64,000 nucleotides of DNA from Kiritimatiellia bacterium (GTDB taxonomy: Bacteria > Verrucomicrobiota > Kiritimatiellia > RFP12 > UBA1067), in assembly GCA_017563185.1 (NCBI GenBank), contig JAFXIL010000195.1, positions 16,159 to 80,158 on the forward strand. Direction: 5' to 3'. The position numbers were made by a program, and so were the translations under genes. Below are positions 17,038 through 25,643 of the stretch, piece after piece. Position 1 is the stretch's first letter; each line of letters begins with the position of its first letter. A model generated the notes under the pieces. That model saw nothing but the letters and a program-made list of their open reading frames with translations. It did not search any database and had not been told where the DNA came from.

Positions 17038-18725
17038 ACGGCCGGTTTCCCGGCACCAGAAGAGTATAGCACTTGTCCGCTCTCCGCGTCCAGTATAGAA
17101 TACGATTCCGGATGACGGTGGAGTTCCGAGACGAAGGTGAGCTTTGTGTTGAACTGTGCCTGCAGCTGTGCGAGAATCTGCGCGTCTTCGGTGCGCAGGC
17201 GCTGCATCACCGCGGGGGCGATCACTATCTTCGGCACGAACGGACGCTTCTCCGCGTCGGCCTTGCGCAGCAGGGACGTGAGCTGGCGCTGGAGTTCGAT
17301 GGAGACTGCGAGCGGACTCTTCACCACGCCGTGGCCGCCGCAGCACGGGCAGGTGCTGCTGAGCATGGAGAGGATGGATTCCTCGTGGCGCTGGCGGCTC
17401 ATCTCCAGGAGGCCGAGGTCGCTGATCTCGAGCACGTTGGTGCGCGCGCGGTCGCGCTTGAGCGCGTCCTTGAGCGCGCGGTACACCTGCTTCTGGTGCT
17501 TGCGGCTCTTCATGTCGATGAGGTCGAGCACCACGAGTCCGCCGATGTTCCTGAGGCGCAGCTGGCGGGCGACCTCCTCCACGGCCTCGAGGTTGACTTC
17601 GAGAATCGCCTCCTCCTGAGTGCCCTTGCACTTGTGGTGGCCGGTGTTCACGTCCACCGCGATGAGGGCCTCTGTCTCGTCGATCACGAGATAGCCGCCG
17701 CCTTTCAGGCGCACTTGGCGCTTGAATGCGTCGTGCAGCTGGCGCTCAACGCCGAGGCGCTCGAAGATGTTCTCTGCGCCGTCGTAGCGGCGCACCTTGC
17801 CGCGTGCGCGGCGGGAGATGCGGCTCGTGGCGTCGCGCAGCTTCTCGAAGGTGCTCTCGTCGTCCACGACAACGCTGTCGATGTCCTCGGTGAGCCAGTC
17901 GCGCACCACGCGCTCCACGAGGCCGGGCTCCTGCCACACGCAGCAGGGCGTGCGCAGGTTCTTCACGTTGCCCTGCAGCTCGTGCCAGCTCTGCAGGAGA
18001 TTGCGCATGTCGCGCACGAAGGAGGTTCCCTTGGCGCCAACGCCTGCTGTGCGCACGATGAGGCCCACGTCGTCGGGCAGGAGAAGGCGGTCGAGAATCT
18101 TCTTGAGGCGCTTGCGCTCCTCGGCGTCGCCGATCTTGCGGCTGACGCCGCGAGTCTTGGTGCCGGGCATCATCACTAGGTAGCGTCCGGGAATGGAGAG
18201 ATTCGTGGTCACGCGTGGCCCCTTGGTGGAGATGGGGCCCTTCGTCACCTGCACGATGATCTCGGTGCCGGGTTTGAAGCGCTCGTGGATCTCCTCGGTG
18301 GTGAGGCGCGGGGGCTTGCCGCGGCGCTTGGAGTTGTTCTTGCCTTTGCCGTTCTTGCCGTTTTTGCCGTTCTTGCCAGAGGACTTGTCGTCCGCATAGT
18401 CGTCGCTGCCGTCGTCGATTTCGTCGAGGAAGGCGTCTACGTCGGGCTGCATGTCCCAGTAGTGGAGGAACGCGTTCTTCTTCAGGCCGATGTCCACAAA
18501 CGCCGCCTGCAGGTCGTCCTGCAGGTTCTGGATGCGCCCCTTGAAGACGCATCCGACGAGGCGCTCGTCCTCGGGATGTTCCACCATGTACTCCTCGAGA
18601 CGTCCGTTTTCCATCACGGCCACGCGCGTCTCGAGCTTTTCGACGTTCACGAGTATCTCTCGCTTGATCTTGCTTCGGTTCAGCCAGTTCCTGACTGTGT
18701 TCACCACTGTTTGTATCACTGACAT
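17034..18725 (-). CDS. rng: RNase E/G-family endoribonuclease
   Basis: The start MSVIQTVVN…REILVNVEKLETRVAVMENGRLEEYMVE is the S1-domain start of the Rne/Rng family. Further markers are DVNTGHH (the DNase-I-like catalytic region) and a CPxCxGxG zinc link. It is 564 aa. RBS gaaaggaa lies upstream. Confidence 0.85.
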   Translation of the reverse strand: MSVIQTVVNTVRNWLNRSKIKREILVNVEKLETRVAVMENGRLEEYMVEHPEDERLVGCVFKGRIQNLQDDLQAAFVDIGLKKNAFLHYWDMQPDVDAFLDEIDDGSDDYADDKSSGKNGKNGKNGKGKNNSKRRGKPPRLTTEEIHERFKPGTEIIVQVTKGPISTKGPRVTTNLSIPGRYLVMMPGTKTRGVSRKIGDAEERKRLKKILDRLLLPDDVGLIVRTAGVGAKGTSFVRDMRNLLQSWHELQGNVKNLRTPCCVWQEPGLVERVVRDWLTEDIDSVVVDDESTFEKLRDATSRISRRARGKVRRYDGAENIFERLGVERQLHDAFKRQVRLKGGGYLVIDETEALIAVDVNTGHHKCKGTQEEAILEVNLEAVEEVARQLRLRNIGGLVVLDLIDMKSRKHQKQVYRALKDALKRDRARTNVLEISDLGLLEMSRQRHEESILSMLSSTCPCCGGHGVVKSPLAVSIELQRQLTSLLRKADAEKRPFVPKIVIAPAVMQRLRTEDAQILAQLQAQFNTKLTFVSELHRHPESYSILDAESGQVLYSSGAGKPAV

Positions 18726-18898
18726 GTCTGTTCCTTTCGGTTGTAAGTTTGTTTGAGAGTTTGAGAGTTTGAAAGTTTGAAGGTTTGAAAGTTTGAGAGT
18801 TTGAAAGGTTGAGAGTTTGAAAGGTTGAGAGTTTGAAAGGTTGAGAGTTTGAAAGTTTGAGAGTTTGAAGGTTTGAAAGGTTGAGAGTTTGATGGGTT
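18726..18898. repeat. 8-bp microsatellite (GTTTGARR / GGTTGAGA; ~18 tandem copies) occupying the whole rodA-rng intergenic spacer
   Basis: The tract gtttgagagtttgagagtttgaaagtttgaaggtttgaaagtttgagagtttgaaaggttgagagtttgaaagg… occupies 18747-18895. On the coding (minus) strand it reads as (YYTTCAAAC)n, i.e. a CA/U-rich unstructured 5' leader directly in front of the rng start. Confidence 0.9.
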
Positions 18899-20065
18899 CT
18901 AGGTTTCGGCGATTTCTTCGTTGTGGACGGCCACGCTCTGCACTAGGCCGAGCGAGGCCATCAGCACTATGAGGAAAGTGCGACCTGCGCTGATGAAGGG
19001 CAGCGGAAGGCCGGTTATGGGCATGAGCCCGATGGACATTGCGATGTTGATGTACACATGGCAGAAGATGAGTGTGGCCACGCCGGCTGCCAGAAGCTGG
19101 CCGCGTTCGTCGGTTGCCTTGAAGGCGATCCGGAGGCATGGCAACAGAACGCCCAGATAAAGAGCGAGCAGCAGCAGGTTGCCGATGAACCCGCTCTCCT
19201 CCGCCACCACCGCGAAGATGAAGTCGTTCATGGAGACTGACTGCGGCAAATATCCGAGCGCCTTGAACTCGCCCTTTCTCAGTCCCTTGCCCCATACGGA
19301 TCCCGAGCCAATCGAGATGAGCAGCTGATGCTGGCTGTATCCCGTTCCCTTCAGGTCCCTCTCCGGGAACAGGAACACCTTCAGTCGCTTGATCTGGTGC
19401 TCCCTCAGGGGAAGGCGGCTGTACATCTGCGCTTTGCGCGCCTCGTCGTTCTGGCGTTCGGCAACGTACACGGTGCCAAGCACCAGGCCTGCGGCGAGCA
19501 GCGCCACCATTAGCAGCGCAACGAGTCCTTTCGTCCAAACGCGCGCCACGAGCAGCATCACCATCACCGCCGGCGCCAGCACGAGCGCCGTGCCGAGGTC
19601 CGGCTCTTTGAGTATGAGAAGGGCGGGAACGGCGAACGCAGCACCCGCTGCGGCGAACCACTTGAAGGACCTGCGCCCCTCGCGCCCCAGCAGATACGCT
19701 ATGAAGATGATCACCGCGAGCTTTGCCACTTCGCTTGGCTGGAAGAACCACAGCCACCTTCTGCCGCCGTAGATCTCAGCGCCCACGATCAGCACCGCCA
19801 CGAGCAGTACGAGCGCGCCGGCGTAGGCGGGTATGGCCACGAAGTCGAAAAGCCTGCGATAGTCGATTGAGGCGAGCGTGAAGTAGATTGCGAGGCCGAA
19901 TGCGGCAGTGCCGGCGTGGACGCGCCAGATGTTCTGTATGACGGCTATCTGGCGTGTGCTGCAGGCGCTCCAGATGAACGCCGTGCCCATTGCTATTAGG
20001 CAGGTCATGCATGCTGTCAGCACCCAGTCGGTGCGTTTGAGCTTGGAAAGGAACGCCGCGATCAT
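18899..20065 (-). CDS. rodA: SEDS-family peptidoglycan glycosyltransferase RodA
   Basis: A 10-TM FtsW/RodA-like protein (…GTGYSQHQLLISIGSGSVWGKG…). It lies directly downstream of PBP2 (mrdA) in the mre cluster. Confidence 0.85.
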   Translation of the reverse strand: MIAAFLSKLKRTDWVLTACMTCLIAMGTAFIWSACSTRQIAVIQNIWRVHAGTAAFGLAIYFTLASIDYRRLFDFVAIPAYAGALVLLVAVLIVGAEIYGGRRWLWFFQPSEVAKLAVIIFIAYLLGREGRRSFKWFAAAGAAFAVPALLILKEPDLGTALVLAPAVMVMLLVARVWTKGLVALLMVALLAAGLVLGTVYVAERQNDEARKAQMYSRLPLREHQIKRLKVFLFPERDLKGTGYSQHQLLISIGSGSVWGKGLRKGEFKALGYLPQSVSMNDFIFAVVAEESGFIGNLLLLALYLGVLLPCLRIAFKATDERGQLLAAGVATLIFCHVYINIAMSIGLMPITGLPLPFISAGRTFLIVLMASLGLVQSVAVHNEEIAET

Positions 20066-20068
20066 CTG

Positions 20069-21949
20069 CTAGTCCCTCCCCTCGTAGTAGTGGACTGACG
20101 GGCGGCCGCCCGTCACCTCCTCCTCGCCGAATATCCCCGCGAGCACGTTGTGGACGCGCGGCGCAACAGTCTTGCCGCCTGATTCTCCTCGCTCCACGAG
20201 CATTGCGATCGCCACCGTCGGATTCTCGTATGGGGCGAAAGCGATGATCCACGTGTTCTTCCGCTTCGTCTCGCCGCGTCCGATCTCGGCCGTGCCCGTC
20301 TTGCCTGCGCAGTCCACCTTCAGCCTGAAGCGGCGGCGCCGTTCGCCGGGCTTCTGCGCCTGCTCGGTGCGCACGAGGATGGCGCGTCCCGTGCCTGTTT
20401 CCACAACGGCCTTCATGCTCTTCCTCACAAGGTCTATCGCGTCATCCTCGTAGGGAATGCGCCGCACGGCCGAGGCGATGTGCGCGCCCTCCCTGCGCGC
20501 GTATAGATATGGACGGTACACCCGTCCGCCGTTCGCGAGCGTGGCGGCCACCACTGCCATCTGGAGCGGTGTCACGAGCAGCATGCCTTGGCCGATGCAC
20601 ATCTGGCACGTGTCGCCGGGATACCAGTGCTCGTTGTACCAGCGGTATTTCCATTCGTCGTCGGGCACCACGCCGGAGTATTCCCCGCCGATGTCGATTC
20701 CGGTGCGCGAGCCCAGGCCGAAGGCCCGCGCGGCGGTGATGACGGCGTTGGAGCCAACAGCCGTGCCGAGGTTGCAGAAGAACGTGTTGCAGCTCTGCTC
20801 GATGGCATCGCTCAGATTGACGGAACCGTGTCCGTAGCGGTCCCAGCAATGGAGGCGCAGGTTGCCGAGGCGGTACACTCCCTGGCAGTTGTATTCGTCC
20901 TCGGGCATCCACGCGGTGGCGAGGCCGGCGAGGGCGGTGATGGGCTTGAATGTTGAGCCCGGGGCGTAGCCTTCGGAGATGGCGCGGTTCTGCCCGCGCT
21001 TGGCTGGGGCGTTCGTAAGGTTGGCGTACATTGCGTGCGTGAGGGCGGGCACGCACTCGTTGGGGTTGAAGGTGGGGGCGCTTGCGAGGGCCAGCACGGC
21101 GCCGTCGCGCGGATCCAGCACCACACCCGCGCCGGTGACGCCTTCGAGCTCGCGTTCGAGCGACGCCTGTATCCTTATGTCGAGCGTGAGGGCAAGGTCG
21201 AGCCCGTTGGCCGGCGCCACGTCGCCGTCTTCCGTTTCGTCCATGATGCTCTTGTGGGCGCGGGTTGGACGGAACCCGCGTGCGTCCACCGTCACGCGCT
21301 TCTCTCCCGTCACACCCGAAAGGAATCGGTTGTAGTAGCTCTCCACCCCGCCGCGTCCCTTCATCTCCTTCTCGTTGAAGTACACTGGATCGTTCTCAAA
21401 TCCCTCGGGATCGCTGCGGCCCGTGTAGCCCAATACGTGCGCGGCGAGGGACCCGAAGGGGTAGGTGCGTTCGGCGGAGACATGGTCGGCGAAACCAGGG
21501 AACTCGTGGGAGCGCTCGCAGAAGCGCGCGAAGGTGGCCTCGTCGAGGTCTTGCCACGCCACAAGGGGTATCGCGCTTGCAGTGTGCAGGTGGCGCGCGA
21601 TCTCGCGCGCGGATATCTGGCGGGGAATCGCAAGGGCGCGGGAGAGCGCGTCGATTGCCGCGTCAACTGCGGCGACGGTGTTTGACGATGCGCCGCGGCG
21701 CTGGAACTCCTCGAGATTGCACTGGATGCAGCGGCTTGGACGGCATTCGGCGAGCACACGGCCGTTGCGGTCGAAGATGCGGCCGCGCCTGCCGGGAACG
21801 CGCACGCGGCGGATGGTCTGAATGGCCTGGCTTTCGCGCGACTTCGCAACGTTGAGAACCTGCAGGCGGAATAGAGAAATGCCCAGCACGAGTTCGCCGA
21901 ACACGAACACCGCGCCGAGCGCGGCTATGAACCAGCGGGACGGATTCAT
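20069..21949 (-). CDS. mrdA: penicillin-binding protein 2 (elongasome transpeptidase)
   Basis: It has an N-terminal TM anchor and a PBP dimerisation domain (…RGRIFDRNGRVLAE…). Transpeptidase motifs STFK, SSN and KTGT are present. Synteny is mreBCD-mrdA-rodA. Confidence 0.9.
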   Translation of the reverse strand: MNPSRWFIAALGAVFVFGELVLGISLFRLQVLNVAKSRESQAIQTIRRVRVPGRRGRIFDRNGRVLAECRPSRCIQCNLEEFQRRGASSNTVAAVDAAIDALSRALAIPRQISAREIARHLHTASAIPLVAWQDLDEATFARFCERSHEFPGFADHVSAERTYPFGSLAAHVLGYTGRSDPEGFENDPVYFNEKEMKGRGGVESYYNRFLSGVTGEKRVTVDARGFRPTRAHKSIMDETEDGDVAPANGLDLALTLDIRIQASLERELEGVTGAGVVLDPRDGAVLALASAPTFNPNECVPALTHAMYANLTNAPAKRGQNRAISEGYAPGSTFKPITALAGLATAWMPEDEYNCQGVYRLGNLRLHCWDRYGHGSVNLSDAIEQSCNTFFCNLGTAVGSNAVITAARAFGLGSRTGIDIGGEYSGVVPDDEWKYRWYNEHWYPGDTCQMCIGQGMLLVTPLQMAVVAATLANGGRVYRPYLYARREGAHIASAVRRIPYEDDAIDLVRKSMKAVVETGTGRAILVRTEQAQKPGERRRRFRLKVDCAGKTGTAEIGRGETKRKNTWIIAFAPYENPTVAIAMLVERGESGGKTVAPRVHNVLAGIFGEEEVTGGRPSVHYYEGRD

Positions 21950-22503
21950 GCGTCCCCTCCGATCGACTCGGGGCCTTCGAATCCCACGTTCTTCTCAAGG
22001 CGCGGCATGAGGAAGAAAATGACTGCGCCCACAGGGGCGGCGGGGATGGCGCTCGCGAAGAAGCGTATTATCGGCGCTGGATCGTCGCCCGCGACGCCCC
22101 ACACGGCGAGCCACAGTTCGTGAAGGGGGGCGGCAAGCGTCACCGCCAGGAGTCCGAAGGCCGCAGGGGAGAGGGTGGCTGCGGTTGAGCGCATGAAGCG
22201 CATGGAGACGCCGGCGAGAAGGAAGAAGCCGGTGGCGCAGCCTATCGGGAAGCCGCTCAGCGCGTCCTCGAGCGCGCCTGCGAAGACGGCCACGGGAATC
22301 CAGCGGGCGGCGTAGAACGGACGCTTCCGCGATGGGTGGCGTTCGGAGTCGTTGGTAGGTTGGTCGGCAATGGTCCAGTGGAGGACGAGCGCGAGGAGGA
22401 ATGGGGGCTTCGTCCCGCCGAAGACGGGCCACATGTCCTGCAGCGCGGCAGCGAAGACCGTGCAGACGAAGAAGAAGAGGAACTGTACTGCTCTAGTCTT
22501 CAC
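21946..22503 (-). CDS. mreD: rod shape-determining protein MreD (tentative; GTG start)
   Basis: A small polytopic membrane protein (VQFLFFFVCTVFAAAL…) between mreC and mrdA. The GTG at 22503 overlaps the mreC stop, and the 3' end overlaps the mrdA start. The longer ORF-track version (to 22590) is implausible. Confidence 0.5.
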   Translation of the reverse strand: MKTRAVQFLFFFVCTVFAAALQDMWPVFGGTKPPFLLALVLHWTIADQPTNDSERHPSRKRPFYAARWIPVAVFAGALEDALSGFPIGCATGFFLLAGVSMRFMRSTAATLSPAAFGLLAVTLAAPLHELWLAVWGVAGDDPAPIIRFFASAIPAAPVGAVIFFLMPRLEKNVGFEGPESIGGDA

Positions 22504-23332
22504 GGCGGATGAACACGTCCTCGAGGGATTGGAAGTCGACGGCCGGCATGACGGCTCCCTCCCTCTCAAGCTGCGTTTCGTCCTCTTCACACCCTTCGAC
22601 CAGGTAGCCGACCGTCAGCCCGCGGGGAAATACGCCCCCCAGGCCGCTAGTGATGATTTTCGCATTTGGCGGCAGTGCGGGCCGCCTTTTCATGTGTCGC
22701 ATGCGAAGAGGGTTTACAAGATACAGAATGGAAAGTCCGGTGCGGGCGTGGGCGATGTGCGTGCCGCCGCCCTCGAGTATGCCGTGCACTGCGCCCAGCG
22801 AGGGGTCGCCGGTATGGATTTCGCAGGCGACCTTTACGGAAGGATCTGTGAGAAGGCGCACGTCGGCCGTGCTGCGCGACACCTGCTCGACGCGCCCCAC
22901 TAGCCCGCCCGGCACGGCAACGGTGGCGTTTGTCTTGACGCCGTCAGCCGAGCCGCGCCCCACGCGCATGAGCCCGCGCACGCCGCCTGCTCCGTCGCGG
23001 CTCAGCACCGGCGCGCATATCCAGCGGTTCGTGGCGGCCGCGGAATATGCCAGCAGCTTCCTGAGCCGCTGGTTCTCCTCGGCGAGTGCGTTTCTTTCCG
23101 TCTCGAGCATTCGCAGTGCGGCCGCCTCAGTTCTGAGCCGCTGGTTCTCGGAGGCTGTTTGCGCCGGGCGGCACACCGCCTTGAGCCAGGCCACGGGGCC
23201 GCGCACCGTCCAGACACGGGCGTTCTCCACGGGATACACAGCCTCCTTGGCAAGACTGCGCCCGCACGCGAGCCAAAGCCCGAGAGCTGCAAGCGCGACT
23301 AGCGCGGCGACTGTTCCTGTGTTGCCTTTCAA
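22493..23332 (-). CDS. mreC: rod shape-determining protein MreC
   Basis: It has a signal anchor, a coiled-coil region (LRTEAAALRMLETERNALAEENQRLRKLL), and a C-terminal beta-barrel-like domain. The start is TTG at 23332, preceded by RBS gggaagg. Confidence 0.8.
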   Translation of the reverse strand: MKGNTGTVAALVALAALGLWLACGRSLAKEAVYPVENARVWTVRGPVAWLKAVCRPAQTASENQRLRTEAAALRMLETERNALAEENQRLRKLLAYSAAATNRWICAPVLSRDGAGGVRGLMRVGRGSADGVKTNATVAVPGGLVGRVEQVSRSTADVRLLTDPSVKVACEIHTGDPSLGAVHGILEGGGTHIAHARTGLSILYLVNPLRMRHMKRRPALPPNAKIITSGLGGVFPRGLTVGYLVEGCEEDETQLEREGAVMPAVDFQSLEDVFIRRED

Positions 23333-23366
23333 TCGTCCTTCCCTTGCGGAAGGACTTCCGGACGCG

Positions 23367-24410
23367 TCAGTCTCTCTTGTTCTTGAGGAGAATGTCGAGC
23401 TGGCTCATGACCTGTCCGGTGCCCTCGGCCACCGCCGAGAGAGGATCGTCCGCAAGCGTGACGGGCAGACCCGTCTCCTGGGCGATCAGCTTGTCGAGGC
23501 CGCGCAGAAGCGAACTGCCGCCGGAGAGCACGATGCCGCGGTCCACAAGGTCCGCCGCCAGCTCCGGTTCGCAGTTGCCCAGCGTCGAGCGAACAGCCTC
23601 GACGATGTTTGAAACAGGTTCTGTGAGCGAGTCTCTGATCTCCTCGGACGAGATCGTCATCGTCTTCGGAAGCCCCGCCACTATGTCACGGCCGCGCACT
23701 TCCATGGTCATCTCCTGACCTGTAGGAAACGCCGAACCGATCGTCATCTTGATTTCCTCGGCCGTGCGCTCGCCAATCAGAAGATTGTACACGCGCCGCA
23801 TGTGGCTCACGATGCACGCGTCCATGGCGTCGCCCGCCGAACGCACGCTGCGCGAATGCACTATGCCGGCAAGCGAGATGATCGCCACCTCGCATGTGCC
23901 GCCGCCGATGTCCACTATCATGCTGCCCGCCGGCTCTGACACCGGCAGTCCCACTCCGATCGCCGCCGCCATCGGCTCCTCGACCAGAACAACCTCTCCC
24001 GCCCCTGACGCCTTGGCGGCATCTTCGACCGCGCGCTTCTCCACCTCCGTGATGTCGCCTGGAACGGCAATCACCACGCGCGGCTTCGCGTAGTTCCTCC
24101 AAACGTGCTTGGGGCACACTTTGTTTATGAAATAGCTGAGCATGGCCTCCGTTACGTCAAAGTCCGCAATCACGCCGGACTTCATCGGACGAATGGCCAT
24201 GATGTTTCCGGGAGTGCGGCCAAGCATCTTCTGAGCCTCAATTCCAACGGCCAGAACGCGCTTGGTGTCCTCCTTTATTGCGACAACGCTGGGCTCCCTC
24301 AGCACTATTCCATGGTCCTTGACGTAAACAAGGCAGTTGGCAGTGCCGAGGTCTATGCCGATGTCGGTTGAGAAGAAGCTCGAAAAGAGACCTTTGAATT
24401 TGGAAAACAT
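23367..24410 (-). CDS. mreB: actin-like rod shape-determining protein MreB
   Basis: The motifs DLGTANCLVYV…DIGGGTCEVAI… are actin-fold phosphate-binding motifs. It is 347 aa. Confidence 0.95.
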   Translation of the reverse strand: MFSKFKGLFSSFFSTDIGIDLGTANCLVYVKDHGIVLREPSVVAIKEDTKRVLAVGIEAQKMLGRTPGNIMAIRPMKSGVIADFDVTEAMLSYFINKVCPKHVWRNYAKPRVVIAVPGDITEVEKRAVEDAAKASGAGEVVLVEEPMAAAIGVGLPVSEPAGSMIVDIGGGTCEVAIISLAGIVHSRSVRSAGDAMDACIVSHMRRVYNLLIGERTAEEIKMTIGSAFPTGQEMTMEVRGRDIVAGLPKTMTISSEEIRDSLTEPVSNIVEAVRSTLGNCEPELAADLVDRGIVLSGGSSLLRGLDKLIAQETGLPVTLADDPLSAVAEGTGQVMSQLDILLKNKRD

Positions 24411-24455
24411 GTTACATATTATAGACTATTCGCGCGCGCGTTGCAAGGGGATTTG

Positions 24456-24464
24456 TGATATACT
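24456..24464 (+). promoter_or_regulatory. extended -10 element TGaTATACT inside the 15-mer GATTTGTGATATACT, 6 nt upstream of the anSME ATG
   Basis: An identical 15-mer also occurs at 25622-25636, and the start codon follows 6-7 nt later in both cases. This suggests leaderless transcripts and/or a shared operator. Confidence 0.4.
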
Positions 24465-24470
24465 TGTGGC

Positions 24471-25535
24471 ATGGATTTTTCTCTGCTGGTAAAACCCGTG
24501 GGCTCGGCATGCAATCTTGCCTGCGACTACTGCTTCTACTGCCCGGCCAACGGAGCGCGCGCCCCGGCGCCTGCGCGCATGACGCGCGCCGTGCTGGAGC
24601 GGATGCTCGCTTCGTATCTGGCCGAGCCAGTTTCCGCCCCGGCGGTCGCCTTCCAGGGTGGCGAACCGCTGCTGGCGGGCGAGGACTTCTTCCGCGGGGC
24701 TGCTGCAATCGCCGCGCGCGCCGGGCGGCGCGTTTCGTTCTCCGTCCAGACGAACGGCACCCTCGTCACACCCTCCCTCGCCCGCTTCTTCGCCGCGGAG
24801 GGTTGGCTCGTCGGCGTGAGCGTTGACGGCCCCGCCTCCCTGCACGACCTTCACCGCCGCACCTCGTCGTCCTCACCCTCCCATGCCGATGTCCTGGCCG
24901 GTCTCTCGGCCCTCCGTTCAGCCGGCGTCGAGTTCAACACCCTCACCCTCGTCACCCCAGCCAACGCCAGTTCCCCCGAAATCGTCTATCGCCACCTTCG
25001 CGACGAGATCGGCGCCCGCTTCCTCCAGTTCATCGAATGCACATCGCCGGCGCCCTACGCGGTCTCCGCCGCTGCATGGGGCGATTTTCTCTGCCGCCTA
25101 TACGATGTGTGGCGCGCGTGCGGCGACGAGCGCCGCGTGAGCGTGCGCCTATTCGACACGATCGTGCTACGGCTTCTGGGCGGCCCGCCGGACGCCTGTC
25201 CGTTCGCCAGCGACTGCCGCAACTACTTCGTCGTCGAGAACGATGGCTCGGTCTATCCCTGCGACTTCCACGTCTCCCCCGAATGGCGCCTTGGCGACGT
25301 CATGCATGATTCATGGACTTCGCTCGTGGAGAGTCCCCTCTACGCCGCATTTGGACAGCGCAAGTCCGATCTTCCGTCCCAGTGCCTGGAATGTCCATAC
25401 TGCTTCATCTGCCAGGGCGACTGTGTGCGCAACCGCGCGCCGGGCGGTCCCTCACGCCTGTGCGCCGGCTGGCGCCGCTTCTTCGATCACGCCATCCCCG
25501 GCCTCGCCGAACTCGCCCGCGAGGTGGTGTGGTAG
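24471..25535 (+). CDS. anaerobic sulfatase-maturating enzyme (radical SAM / SPASM)
   Basis: CNLACDYCFY is the radical-SAM CxxxCxxC cluster. The C-terminal Cys-rich SPASM region is CPFASDC…CDFHV…CLECPYCFICQGDC. The size (354 aa) and architecture match AnSME (AslB/ChuR-like). Confidence 0.85.
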   Translation: MDFSLLVKPVGSACNLACDYCFYCPANGARAPAPARMTRAVLERMLASYLAEPVSAPAVAFQGGEPLLAGEDFFRGAAAIAARAGRRVSFSVQTNGTLVTPSLARFFAAEGWLVGVSVDGPASLHDLHRRTSSSSPSHADVLAGLSALRSAGVEFNTLTLVTPANASSPEIVYRHLRDEIGARFLQFIECTSPAPYAVSAAAWGDFLCRLYDVWRACGDERRVSVRLFDTIVLRLLGGPPDACPFASDCRNYFVVENDGSVYPCDFHVSPEWRLGDVMHDSWTSLVESPLYAAFGQRKSDLPSQCLECPYCFICQGDCVRNRAPGGPSRLCAGWRRFFDHAIPGLAELAREVVW

Positions 25536-25627
25536 ACTCGTGGCTCGTGGCTCGTGGCCCGTGACGCCACTTCGTTTTTGTTGTTGCGCGCATGGAACCG
25601 TTAGACTGGCGCTGAGATGCCGATTTG

Positions 25628-25636
25628 TGATATACT
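25628..25636 (+). promoter_or_regulatory. extended -10 element TGaTATACT inside the second copy of GATTTGTGATATACT, 7 nt upstream of the GH43 ATG
   Basis: See the feature at 24456; the 15-mer here is at 25622-25636 and the ATG is at 25644. Confidence 0.4.
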
Positions 25637-25643
25637 CTTTGCA

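Noticed and set aside
14743-17631. 962-aa version of the LptD-like ORF, and the 907-aa version of the rng ORF (17034..19757)
   Set aside because: The N-terminal extensions are Arg/Pro-rich read-through across the neighbouring gene or across the microsatellite. The true starts are marked by signal peptide, RBS and conserved N-terminal motifs.
18726-18898. Possible CRISPR or coding repeat
   Set aside because: The unit is 8 bp with no spacers; it is a simple-sequence microsatellite in an intergenic leader. The ORF-track translation through it (…KLSTFQTLKLSN…) is upstream of the true rng start.
21946-22590. Longer MreD ORF starting at 22590 (MKRTKRS…) overlapping mreC by 98 nt
   Set aside because: The N-terminal 29 residues are charged, not membrane-like, and are encoded inside mreC in another frame. 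The GTG at 22503 gives a typical MreD size and start.
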